Source: a virus (Duplodnaviria > Caudoviricetes). Taken from it: 51,125 bases of DNA. Below are positions 43,442-51,125 of the stretch, piece after piece (within the stretch, counting starts at the first letter, position 1; each line of letters begins with the position of its first letter). The stretch spans positions 1-51,125 of IMG/VR virus record IMGVR_UViG_3300042851_000008. One strand, written 5' to 3'. Below the pieces are notes generated by a model that was given only the letters and a program-made list of their open reading frames with translations, ran no database searches and was not told the origin of the DNA. A program made the translations under genes and the position numbers.

Positions 43442-44424
43442 GCGCCCTGGCCGTGGACTTGCCGGTTATTGAGCGTGCCCCGATGATGCGGGAGCTTGAA
43501 CGGCTCGAGGCGCAACAGGTGAAGGACAAGTCGTATCAGCGGTCGCCGGTCGGCCGTGAAGTGGGTGCCTATCTGCGGTCGCGGCGATGGGAGGACAAGT
43601 CGACGAACACGCTGTCCGCCGACGAGACGGTGTTGGCGCGGCTCGCGATCCGTCACGCCGACTTCGACTCCTTGAGTGAGTTCTGCTCGCCGATCGGCAC
43701 GGCATACGTTCGCGAGTTCCTCGAGACGGAGTGGGGGGGAGCGGCGCCGGCCACGAAGGCGCAACGCACGAGCCTCGTCCGTTCGTTCTTCAAGTGGGCC
43801 GTCGACGAGGAGAAGATCCCGTTCAGCCCGGCCGCGAAGCTGAAGGGGCCGAGGGCCAAGAACCGAGACAGGCTCGCGTACGAGCGGACAGTACGGATCC
43901 GTCTGATTCAGGCGCAGGACAGCCTGCGGGACCAGTGCGCGTTGCAACTCGTGTCCCGCATGGCGCTCAGGAAGAACGAACTGCGCGTCCTTCGCATCCG
44001 CGACATCGACCTGACCCGGAACCTACTCGTCGTTCACTCGAAGGGCGGCGACATCGACATTCTGCCGTTGGCGCTCCCGGACCTCCGCGACGACCTTTAC
44101 CTGCACATCAACGGTGAGCAGCGGCGGCTCGACGAGTACCTGATCTACCCGCGCTCCGACCGGACGCGACCGATGGACAGCTCGAGCGTGCATCGCTGGT
44201 TCAAGCGGTGCCTCGAGCGGGCCGAACTGCCCGCGACGATGGAACTGCACGAGATGCGCCACTCAGCCGCCGACGAGCTCTGGCGCGTCACCGGCAACAT
44301 CGTCCTCGCGCAGCAGCTTCTGCGCCATGAGTCGGTCGGGACGACACAGACGTATTTGCATCCCACACGAGACGATCTCGCCGCTGGCTTGGCGCAGGTC
44401 GCTGCGGTCTGGGCGGAGGGCTAG
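43438..44424 (+). CDS. Tyrosine recombinase (Xer-like, no arm-binding domain evident)
   Basis: ALRKNEL (R), SKG (K), LHEMRHS (HxxR), LLRHESVGTTQTY (H, Y). Confidence 0.93.
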   Translation: MSALAVDLPVIERAPMMRELERLEAQQVKDKSYQRSPVGREVGAYLRSRRWEDKSTNTLSADETVLARLAIRHADFDSLSEFCSPIGTAYVREFLETEWGGAAPATKAQRTSLVRSFFKWAVDEEKIPFSPAAKLKGPRAKNRDRLAYERTVRIRLIQAQDSLRDQCALQLVSRMALRKNELRVLRIRDIDLTRNLLVVHSKGGDIDILPLALPDLRDDLYLHINGEQRRLDEYLIYPRSDRTRPMDSSSVHRWFKRCLERAELPATMELHEMRHSAADELWRVTGNIVLAQQLLRHESVGTTQTYLHPTRDDLAAGLAQVAAVWAEG

Positions 44425-44426
44425 GC

Positions 44427-44963
44427 GTGCGTTCGACCTTGGCTCAGGGAGCGGCCTGTGACCTCGAATGCACGATAACCGGTGGACCATTGCGTTTGGC
44501 CTACGCCGCTGGATTGTTCGAGGGCGAAGGGTCGGTTGCGATCACCCACCGACTGGGTCGGAACGCCAGGCCGCAGTACATGCTGGTCGTTGCGGTCAAG
44601 ATGGGCGACCCGGAACCGCTCGCGGTGCTTCAGTCGCTTGTCGGTGGGAGCGTTCACTACTACAAGTTCGAATCGGCCACGGAGCTCGGTCGCAAGCCGA
44701 TGCATCTGTGGCAGGTCAGCGCACGGATCGCGGGACAGTTCCTCGAAGGGATCGAGCCGTACCTTCAGAGCGAGCGTGTGCGCGGGAAGGTCAAGCTCGG
44801 CATCGCGTTCCAGGCGCAAAAGCGAAACGTGGGCCGTGTCGTCCCGACTGAGTACCTGGTACGGCAAGAGCAGTTCTACGGGGCGATGCGGCTACTCAAC
44901 AAGCGGGGCCTCGAGAGCCTGACGATCGCCGAACGCCGCGCGATCCTTGAGGCGGTGGCGTGA
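44427..44963 (+). CDS. LAGLIDADG-family endonuclease-like protein
   Basis: LAYAAGLFEGEGSV; FLEGIEPYL. Start uncertain. Confidence 0.85.
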   Translation: MRSTLAQGAACDLECTITGGPLRLAYAAGLFEGEGSVAITHRLGRNARPQYMLVVAVKMGDPEPLAVLQSLVGGSVHYYKFESATELGRKPMHLWQVSARIAGQFLEGIEPYLQSERVRGKVKLGIAFQAQKRNVGRVVPTEYLVRQEQFYGAMRLLNKRGLESLTIAERRAILEAVA

Positions 44964-45259
44964 TGGCCGCCGCGGAGTACAGACTGCGCGCGGGCCACCC
45001 GGACTTCGGCCCGTGCTGCCCTTCGTGTGCGGGCCCGAAGAACCTGCAGGCCCGCCGGTGCGTGCGCTGCTACCGGGAGAGCCTGCGGACCGTGCGGTTC
45101 TGGCTGCTGCGGACGTGCGGGTGCGGCGGCCCAAAGTCGAACCACAGCGAGCGGTGCCTGCAGTGTGAGCATCAGGCGCGGCGCGTGGACGGCTCGAGGT
45201 TCGCGGTGTCGTTGCCGCAGCCTGTGTCGCATCCGTGGCGGGACCGGAGGGCGGCGTGA
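44960..45259 (+). CDS. Cys-rich Zn-finger repeat protein
   Basis: Two C..C.GPK.....RC..C units. Confidence 0.65.
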   Translation: MMAAAEYRLRAGHPDFGPCCPSCAGPKNLQARRCVRCYRESLRTVRFWLLRTCGCGGPKSNHSERCLQCEHQARRVDGSRFAVSLPQPVSHPWRDRRAA

Positions 45260-45373
45260 CTCGTCTCGTCGCTGCCCCACCAGAGCAAACCCTTTTGGGT
45301 GCGACCTTGCGGTCGCTGGTGTGGCAGAGCGCATTCGTTTGTGGGCTAACGACTAACGGAGGAGGAAACTGAG

Positions 45374-46036
45374 ATGGATCTGCCCGTCATAGAGATGGAG
45401 CGCGAGGCTGCGCAAGAAGCGTTCCGCACGTACCAGGCCGCAGTTCGGGAGCCGCGGCGCAAGGAACTGAACGCGGTGCGACGCAGGGTCGAGGCGGAAG
45501 ACCGGGCAATGATGCGCGGCTACCGCGAACTCGCTGCGGGACGTCAGGTAATCGAACTCTCCAAGGCCATCGCCGCTGGCGGCACCGAAGACTTGGAGTG
45601 CGAGACGCAGGGCTATCGCAAGGGCGAGTGGAGGACGTTCACCGTGACGTTGCGCGTCCCGAAGATCGCGGTCGTTCGAGCGGACGCCCAGCGCGTATTC
45701 ACCCGCGGGGTTGATCGCGACGGAGGCGTTCTCTTCAGAGCCGACTCAGAGAACGCTGCGAAGAAGGTCGACCGTGTGTCGATCAACGACGGTGTTTTCG
45801 ACCGCTATCAGAACTCCTGGGGCGTCTACGCCCGCGCGACCACGCCCTCGATCCCGCCCCCGTTCCGACCGCCGCACAACCTCGCGGGTTACCACCTGCT
45901 CTTTGAGGCGGAGTGGAACGCATTCGCACCGATCGACCCGGCGCTGCTGAAGCATCTCGGCGGCGACCTCTACGCCGTTCTCGCAGTGTGGGATTTGACG
46001 GATCTGGAGCGGGCCGTCCTGAACGGAAGGTCTTAA
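45374..46036 (+). CDS. Hypothetical phage protein
   Basis: Strong GGAGGAGG RBS; C-terminal DPALLKHLGGDLYAVLAVWDLTDLERAVL. Confidence 0.8.
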   Translation: MDLPVIEMEREAAQEAFRTYQAAVREPRRKELNAVRRRVEAEDRAMMRGYRELAAGRQVIELSKAIAAGGTEDLECETQGYRKGEWRTFTVTLRVPKIAVVRADAQRVFTRGVDRDGGVLFRADSENAAKKVDRVSINDGVFDRYQNSWGVYARATTPSIPPPFRPPHNLAGYHLLFEAEWNAFAPIDPALLKHLGGDLYAVLAVWDLTDLERAVLNGRS

Positions 46037-46068
46037 CGCTTTCAATGGCCCCGGTTGCTTTTACACGG
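46036..46068 (-). repeat. ~34-bp dispersed site, copy C
   Basis: Reverse complement CCGTGTAAAAGCAACCGGGGCCATTGAAAGCGT. Confidence 0.8.
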
Positions 46069-46578
46069 CTGGCTTTTGCCAGCCTCCTGCTGTTGTTGTT
46101 GAACGCTCAGCCGGTTCAGGGCGAGTGGGTCCGTCAGCCCCCTTGGAGAATCATGGAGGCGAAGATCGTGCGGGAGCGGGCTTGGAGTTGTCAACGGAGC
46201 TCGGGGTTGTCGTTGTCGGCGTACCCGCAGGTCAGGTGGCGCCTCGAGGTGAAGGCCCGCCGATATCGGACGCTCGGATACTGGCGGCAGGAACTGAACC
46301 GCTGCAACGAGGCGCGATCTGCTTCGCCGGCGACGATCATCTGCCGCATCTTCGGCTCTGAGTGCTCGAACGCGATCCGGGTGGCCCGCTGCGAGTCGCA
46401 CTTGTACGTCGGCGCTCATAACGGCCAGTTCCTCGGGCTCTGGCAAATGGGCAGTTGGGCTCGAGCCCGCTACGGGCATGGCCCTGACGCGCTGACACAG
46501 ACACGGGCTGCCCATCGGTACTTCCTTGATGCGGGTTGGGGACCGTGGGAGTGCGCACGGATCGTGGGAGTCATCTGA
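46045..46578 (+). CDS. Secreted lysozyme-like / lytic transglycosylase (Rpf/SLT-like)
   Basis: Signal-like LAFASLLLLLL; VARCES, GLWQ and WGPWEC motifs. Confidence 0.75.
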   Translation: MAPVAFTRLAFASLLLLLLNAQPVQGEWVRQPPWRIMEAKIVRERAWSCQRSSGLSLSAYPQVRWRLEVKARRYRTLGYWRQELNRCNEARSASPATIICRIFGSECSNAIRVARCESHLYVGAHNGQFLGLWQMGSWARARYGHGPDALTQTRAAHRYFLDAGWGPWECARIVGVI

Positions 46579-46805
46579 TGCGCGAGTTCGGCCCCGTCGA
46601 GGAAGCCGAACTGGTCACCGCCGTTGTCGCGGACTTCCAAGGCAAGCATCCCGGCGCCCAGGTTGCCTCCGTTGAGGTTCACGACCTTGCCGAGATGGAG
46701 TGTCGTACCGCGTGCTGTCTCGACTGCGGGGAGCCGATCGCCGTGTGCTACTGGATCCAGAAGTGCGACGCGTGTCTTGAGGCAATGAAGGAAGGATTGG
46801 CGTGA
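46578..46805 (+). CDS. Hypothetical Zn-ribbon protein
   Basis: CLDC...CDAC; ATG at 46578. Confidence 0.55.
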   Translation: MREFGPVEEAELVTAVVADFQGKHPGAQVASVEVHDLAEMECRTACCLDCGEPIAVCYWIQKCDACLEAMKEGLA

Positions 46806-47086
46806 CTGGTCTTGCTCGTATAAGTGCCCGAGCGGAACACCTCGAAGGGATCGCCCGCAATCACGCCGTGGGCTTCGACGCCCGCGGGTCCGTCATTGAA
46901 CTGGCTGATGCGGTGCAGCGTCTCGTAGCAGTCGCAGCCCAGCAGGATGACCTACTTCGACGGCTCTCCGAATGGGACGTGCTGAACCTCACTCCAGGCA
47001 GCGGGGACGACGGCCCCTACTGGCAAGGAGAAATCGCGGGAGTCCGTGCTGCTCTTGCCGGTCTGGACGAAGGCGAACAAGCATGA
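46802..47086 (+). CDS. Hypothetical protein
   Basis: Translationally coupled ORF. Confidence 0.6.
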   Translation: MTGLARISARAEHLEGIARNHAVGFDARGSVIELADAVQRLVAVAAQQDDLLRRLSEWDVLNLTPGSGDDGPYWQGEIAGVRAALAGLDEGEQA

Positions 47087-47508
47087 GCCATCCCCTCACA
47101 GAAGAAGCACGGCGGCTGATCCATGAAGCGCGGCTCGCAGATACTCCCGACCAGCTCTGGCAGGCGCTTGTTGTTCCTTTCGTGGACGACCCTGATCCCC
47201 TGGAAGTGATCGCTGACGCTTTGGATGCTTCGGAGGCTCAGGTCGTAGAGCTACGACGCCTGCTCACCGAATCTCTCGGCTGGATAGAGGGAGTCGAGCC
47301 GAAGCCAGCACCATCGTTCATCGCAGCCGTCCGCACTGCTCTTTCTGCTGCTGGTACAGAACCGGCCGAGCACCCGTTGATGCAGGAGTGGCTTGACGCT
47401 CAACATGAGCCGGGGAGCCGCCTGTATGGGCTGACGTGGAACCAGGCGCTTGGAGTCGGGCAAAAGCCCGACGTTGTCAAAAGCAACCGGGGCGAGGGAA
47501 AGCGATGA
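47083..47508 (+). CDS. Hypothetical protein
   Basis: ATGA-coupled; starts MSHPLTEEARR. Confidence 0.6.
   Translation: MSHPLTEEARRLIHEARLADTPDQLWQALVVPFVDDPDPLEVIADALDASEAQVVELRRLLTESLGWIEGVEPKPAPSFIAAVRTALSAAGTEPAEHPLMQEWLDAQHEPGSRLYGLTWNQALGVGQKPDVVKSNRGEGKR
47472..47505 (+). repeat. ~34-bp dispersed site, copy D
   Basis: CGTTGTCAAAAGCAACCGGGGCGAGGGAAAGCGA. Confidence 0.75.
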
Positions 47509-47759
47509 GCGTTCAGCGCACCTACTACTGCGACGGGCCGCACAACACGGACATTCCGAACCAGGATCACGGCGACCGTTGCCCCGTCCACGCTTCGACC
47601 GTTGCCATGCATCTGCCGGGAGGATTCCTTCGCGTAGTCCGTCACGAGGAGTCCGCGCTCCACTTCTGCTCTTGGGACTGCGTGCTGCGGTACGCGAGCA
47701 ACGTCGAGCCGGTCGAGGTCATTCCGTTCCACGATGAGCGAGAGGAGGAACCCGGGTGA
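47505..47759 (+). CDS. Hypothetical Zn-binding protein
   Basis: YYCDGP...C and HFCSWDC. Confidence 0.6.
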   Translation: MSVQRTYYCDGPHNTDIPNQDHGDRCPVHASTVAMHLPGGFLRVVRHEESALHFCSWDCVLRYASNVEPVEVIPFHDEREEEPG

Positions 47760-48061
47760 GCGGCTCTTACGAATATGAGTGGCGGCGCACCAAGGCTGTC
47801 CCGCGGTCGCTTCTCGACCGGTTGCTGCGACGCCCACGCCGGTACGTCGAGACGGTTATCCGTCGTCAGCCGACGTACGTCATACAGCCGGGTCCCGAGG
47901 GGCTCCCCGAGGATGTGGCCGCCGAAGTGGAACGGCTGCGAAGTGACCCTGATGCTTTGGAGCTCGCGCGGGTCACGTTCGACAACGACGGTCTACCACA
48001 CGAGCCTGGCGACTGCGCGACCTGTGACGCCGTGCGCGTTCTGGACGACGGACCCGAATGA
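47756..48061 (+). CDS. Hypothetical protein
   Basis: Translationally coupled ORF. Confidence 0.55.
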   Translation: MSGSYEYEWRRTKAVPRSLLDRLLRRPRRYVETVIRRQPTYVIQPGPEGLPEDVAAEVERLRSDPDALELARVTFDNDGLPHEPGDCATCDAVRVLDDGPE

Positions 48062-48270
48062 GCAAGCTGGCCGGATTCGTTGCAAAGCGGCGGTCGTTGC
48101 GAGACGAGTACCAGCGCATCCTCGCTGTGCAGATGCAAGCCGTGTACCTCGTGGAGGAGCTTCGGCGTCGCCGTGATGGTGAGGCTCACCGCTATCTCGA
48201 CCTGCCGCAGCTTGCAAGGGCGTTGGACGAAGTCGCTGCTTCCCCGGTCAGGGTGGAGGAACCCGAATGA
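48058..48270 (+). CDS. Hypothetical protein
   Basis: Translationally coupled ORF. Confidence 0.55.
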   Translation: MSKLAGFVAKRRSLRDEYQRILAVQMQAVYLVEELRRRRDGEAHRYLDLPQLARALDEVAASPVRVEEPE

Positions 48271-48473
48271 GCGCGGCGGCACGACGGGTCGAGTACGCCT
48301 GGGAGAACTTGCGCGGCTGGCTTCCGAATGGTCGCGGAGTGCCGAACTGGACGCGCGAGATGGACCGCGCGGTCGCTGCTCTTCACAAGGAGCGGAGGCC
48401 CGTACAGGGCCGAAGCGGCAACCCGGTTGAAAGCCCGGCGGCTGCTTCTCTGGACTCCCAGGAGAACAAATGA
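48267..48473 (+). CDS. Hypothetical protein
   Basis: Translationally coupled ORF. Confidence 0.5.
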   Translation: MSAAARRVEYAWENLRGWLPNGRGVPNWTREMDRAVAALHKERRPVQGRSGNPVESPAAASLDSQENK

Positions 48474-48784
48474 GCCAGTCGCTCTTCGACCCCGGCCCGC
48501 CCAAGCTCACCGACCGGCAGCAGCACCTCTACGACGCGGTCCGCTCGAGCGAGGACGGCCTGACCGCCGACGAGGCCGGCGCGGTCCTGCATGAGGCGCG
48601 CGCGCTCCGCCCGCACAGCCGCGATGCCAGGTGCGCGTACTGCACGCTCGACGGTCGCAGCGTGCTCGCCGCCCTTCGGCGCAAAGGGCTCGTGACTCGC
48701 AAGAGGTCGGGCCAGTGGCACGCGTTGGCCGGGCAGACGCTTGAAGCTACGGAGAGCCTCCAGACGGACGAGATCCCGTATTAG
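48470..48784 (+). CDS. Winged-helix-like protein
   Basis: LTDRQQHLYDAVR...LAALRRKGLV...SGQW. Confidence 0.65.
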   Translation: MSQSLFDPGPPKLTDRQQHLYDAVRSSEDGLTADEAGAVLHEARALRPHSRDARCAYCTLDGRSVLAALRRKGLVTRKRSGQWHALAGQTLEATESLQTDEIPY

Positions 48785-48787
48785 CCG

Positions 48788-49168
48788 ATGCCACCCTACG
48801 AGCTAACAGAGAAGGAATGGGACCAGCAATTGTTCGACCGCAAGACCGGGCTCGCCACCATGCTCGGATGGAACACCTGGCACGTATTGCGACCGAAGGG
48901 GTCACCGGCTGGCTTACCGGACCGGCTGTGCTGGCGCGACCGCATCATCTACGTCGAGCTCAAGCGCGAGAAGGGGAAACTGTCGGACGCGCAGGTCAGA
49001 GTGCTGACGGCGCTTGCGCGTGCTGGCGGCGAAACCTACGTGTGGTTTCCGGCTGATCTTGAGGCGGCGCGGGATGTATTGCAGGCCCGGTCTTTCCAGC
49101 ATGACAATCCGTCCAGGTGGCTGGCTGCCGGCTGCCGGATGGACCAGCTCACCGAGGCGGCAGCATGA
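48788..49168 (+). CDS. VRR-NUC-family nuclease
   Basis: AGLPDRL, YVELKREKGKLSDAQ. Confidence 0.88.
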   Translation: MPPYELTEKEWDQQLFDRKTGLATMLGWNTWHVLRPKGSPAGLPDRLCWRDRIIYVELKREKGKLSDAQVRVLTALARAGGETYVWFPADLEAARDVLQARSFQHDNPSRWLAAGCRMDQLTEAAA

Positions 49169-50037
49169 CCGAGATCGACCTCACGACCCGCAACTGCATC
49201 GCCTTCGCCTGTCCGAACGACGCCGAACACGATGAGTGGTGCGATCACTGCTGGCGCACCATGCGCCGCGAACAGCGGGCGGCGATCTGCGCCAGCCTCG
49301 CCGAAGATCACGGCGGCGAGCAGGCGGCGAAGCGGCTCAGGATCGCCTACTCGACGCTCCGCTCCTACATCAGCGACCCCGACGGGTCAAAGGACCGGGC
49401 GCGCAAGGACAGCTACAGCGGCACCTGCGACAACTGCGGGGCGAAGACGGATGGCTCGAACGGCGCCGCTAACGCACCGAGGCTCTGCCTGAACTGCGCT
49501 ATCGAACGACAGACCGACCAGCGTAAATGGACGCGCGCGGTCGTAATCGACGCGATCCAACGCTTCGCGCAGCAACACGGCCGGCCTCCTACAGCGAGCG
49601 ACTGGGACCACGCCGACCCCGCGAACGGCTACCCGCCAAAGTCAGCAGTCTACGGGCGGCATTCAAATACCCCGTCGGCGCCATTCGACTACTGGGCCGA
49701 CGCGATCGAAGCCGCAGGCTTCCCACGTCCCGAAGTCGGCGGGTACGAACGAACCGCGCTAGTCCGCGAGCGCTTAAGCGCAGGAATGCGCCACAAGAAA
49801 GGAGGAGCGCAAATGGCCGACACTAAACGCGGATACATTGTGCTCCACGAACGCCCCGACGGGGCCTGGGAAATCATCACGACGACGGGGGCGCAGGCAG
49901 AGAACGCCGCCCTCAACGAGGCCCTGAACGGCTCCGAGCCGACCGGCCGTTACGTCGCCGTCCCGGCCAAATACTTCATCCCTCGCGGCGTCGTCCCGCA
50001 GACCGTCTGGACCTTCGAGGAGGCAGCCGTTGCGTAA
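49165..50037 (+). CDS. HTH/Zn-finger protein with homing-endonuclease-associated repeat; probable internal gene from ATG 49813
   Basis: KWTRAVVIDAIQRFAQQHGRPPTASDW...WADAIEAAG; AAAGGAGG RBS before ATG 49813. Confidence 0.7.
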   Translation: MTEIDLTTRNCIAFACPNDAEHDEWCDHCWRTMRREQRAAICASLAEDHGGEQAAKRLRIAYSTLRSYISDPDGSKDRARKDSYSGTCDNCGAKTDGSNGAANAPRLCLNCAIERQTDQRKWTRAVVIDAIQRFAQQHGRPPTASDWDHADPANGYPPKSAVYGRHSNTPSAPFDYWADAIEAAGFPRPEVGGYERTALVRERLSAGMRHKKGGAQMADTKRGYIVLHERPDGAWEIITTTGAQAENAALNEALNGSEPTGRYVAVPAKYFIPRGVVPQTVWTFEEAAVA

Positions 50038-50118
50038 TCGCTGACCGTCGAAGGGCCTCTGGGGAGAGCAGCCCGCCACCGTCCAGTCCTATGACGACCA
50101 CGAGTCGAAGGAGAACCC

Positions 50119-50508
50119 ATGAGCGCCACCGCACCAACCGCAGCAGCCGAACCACAAACCGACGAAGAGCCGCAGACCCCCGAGCCCGACCCGGGGAAGG
50201 GCGAGCTGTTCGACCGCAGCCAGTACGACCGCGAAGACCTCGCCATCCGCAAGGTCGACGACCAGCAGATCGACAAACTGAGGGTCAAGTTCGGGGGAAG
50301 CATCCTCCTCGACAGGTCCGACCCCGCCGACGTCAGCCTCTACAACAAACTCACCCTCGGCCGGGCCGTCGAGCTCCGAGTCGCCGGCACCGTCGCCCAC
50401 TCAGGCACCGGCTACACCACCAACCGCGACGGCGATTTGGATGCCATAGTCGGAGAACGCAGCGTGAAGGTCGAGACCGTCTGGGTCTTGGATCCCGAGG
50501 CTCTCTGA
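50119..50508 (+). CDS. Hypothetical protein
   Basis: AAGGAG RBS; coding-like. Confidence 0.7.
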   Translation: MSATAPTAAAEPQTDEEPQTPEPDPGKGELFDRSQYDREDLAIRKVDDQQIDKLRVKFGGSILLDRSDPADVSLYNKLTLGRAVELRVAGTVAHSGTGYTTNRDGDLDAIVGERSVKVETVWVLDPEAL

Positions 50509-50801
50509 TGGCGGAAGAGCCGATCACGCCCAAGGCGAAGGGCAGCACGTACGTCGTCCTCTGCTTCCACGCCAGGCCGCAGTCGACACGGCCCGACGCC
50601 AGCTCGACCGACACCGTCCTCATCGGTGAGCTCTGGGAGCACTGCGGGTCGTTCGCCGGCTCAGCGGCACAGGCGATGAAGCAGGCCGCTGAGAAGCGGC
50701 GCGAGGATCTCCAGACCGGCCGCTACGTGGCTATCCCGGTGCGATCCTTCCAGCCGAGGAAACTCACCGCCAAGACCGAGACCAGGGTCACGCTCACCTG
50801 A
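50508..50801 (+). CDS. Hypothetical protein, paralog of 49813-50037
   Basis: Shared YxVL...WE...TGRYVA(V/I)P..xF.PR pattern. Confidence 0.65.
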   Translation: MAEEPITPKAKGSTYVVLCFHARPQSTRPDASSTDTVLIGELWEHCGSFAGSAAQAMKQAAEKRREDLQTGRYVAIPVRSFQPRKLTAKTETRVTLT

Positions 50802-51046
50802 TGCCACCATCCGCCGCCGAGAAGCAGCAAGCCCACAAACGCGACAAAGCCCTCCGCGACAGGACGACCCTGCCGTGCGAGCTCGGCTGCGGCACCACCG
50901 TCCCCTACTACGACTTCCCCGCCAACCCGTTCCACCCTGTCGTCTGCGACTCCTGCGCCCGCGCGGCTATGGCCCACCTCGAGGCTCAGCGTGCCGCACT
51001 AGGCACTGCAACGGAAGGACGGACTGATGCCCTGGGCCGCGCTTGA
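50801..51046 (+). CDS. Hypothetical Zn-binding protein
   Basis: CELGC...CDSC; runs into the terminal overlap. Confidence 0.6.
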   Translation: MPPSAAEKQQAHKRDKALRDRTTLPCELGCGTTVPYYDFPANPFHPVVCDSCARAAMAHLEAQRAALGTATEGRTDALGRA

Positions 51047-51125
51047 CGATCAGTTCCACGCGAACCCGAAGGTAGTCGCCGCCGGCCTCGACGGCGCCGG
51101 CCTGTACGCGCGCTCGATCAGCTAC
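50999..51125. repeat. Terminal direct repeat, right copy
   Basis: Identical to 1-127. Confidence 0.93.

Noticed and set aside
44427-44963. Group I intron or intein hosting the LAGLIDADG ORF
   Set aside because: Flanking genes look intact and I saw no splice or intein motifs; it appears free-standing.
46036-46068. Copies A and C as orphan CRISPR repeats (reverse complement contains ATTGAAAG/ATTGAGAG)
   Set aside because: They are 3 kb apart with no spacer-length spacing, and copies B and D lack that ending. Better treated as dispersed inverted sites.
30368-49168. Many proteins ending in -AA/-VAA/-EAAA as ssrA-like degrons
   Set aside because: Largely explained by RBS plus GCGTGA/GCATGA stop-start overlaps; cannot be distinguished from degrons by sequence alone.

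Overview
The window is an apparently complete, circularly permuted high-GC tailed-phage genome of about 50,998 bp. Bases 1-127 recur at 50999-51125, which looks like an assembly overlap. The host is probably an actinomycete (inference). Modules in order: replication initiator; sigma-70-like protein; HNH, RtcB RNA ligase and terminase large subunit; portal; double-protease fusion; HK97-fold capsid; accessory virion fibre genes; head-tail and siphovirus tail genes (-1 frameshift chaperone, tape measure with NlpC/P60, glycoside-hydrolase tail protein); lysis cassette; Xre repressor/Cro switch; and a long early operon (RecT, SbcD/SbcC, tyrosine recombinase, LAGLIDADG, lysozyme-like, VRR-NUC). The standout is just after cro: a solitary Cas7-like RAMP gene (34619-35278) followed at once by a non-CRISPR array (35279-35581). 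The array has seven units, each an 8-nt handle (GATGCGAC consensus) plus 5-9 pentamers of form NNN-CC, and the variable triplets look like codons of a GC-rich gene. This is a candidate RNA-guided system with a non-contiguous guide code. Other leads: a D-armless tRNA/tmRNA-like RNA with Ala identity, four copies of a ~34-bp site in inverted pairs around the tyrosine recombinase, a 68-aa ClpC mimic, a six-copy GCCGATAGTC late-promoter motif, and a ~350-nt structured intergenic RNA candidate. All protein calls come from motif recognition by eye; no database searches were run.
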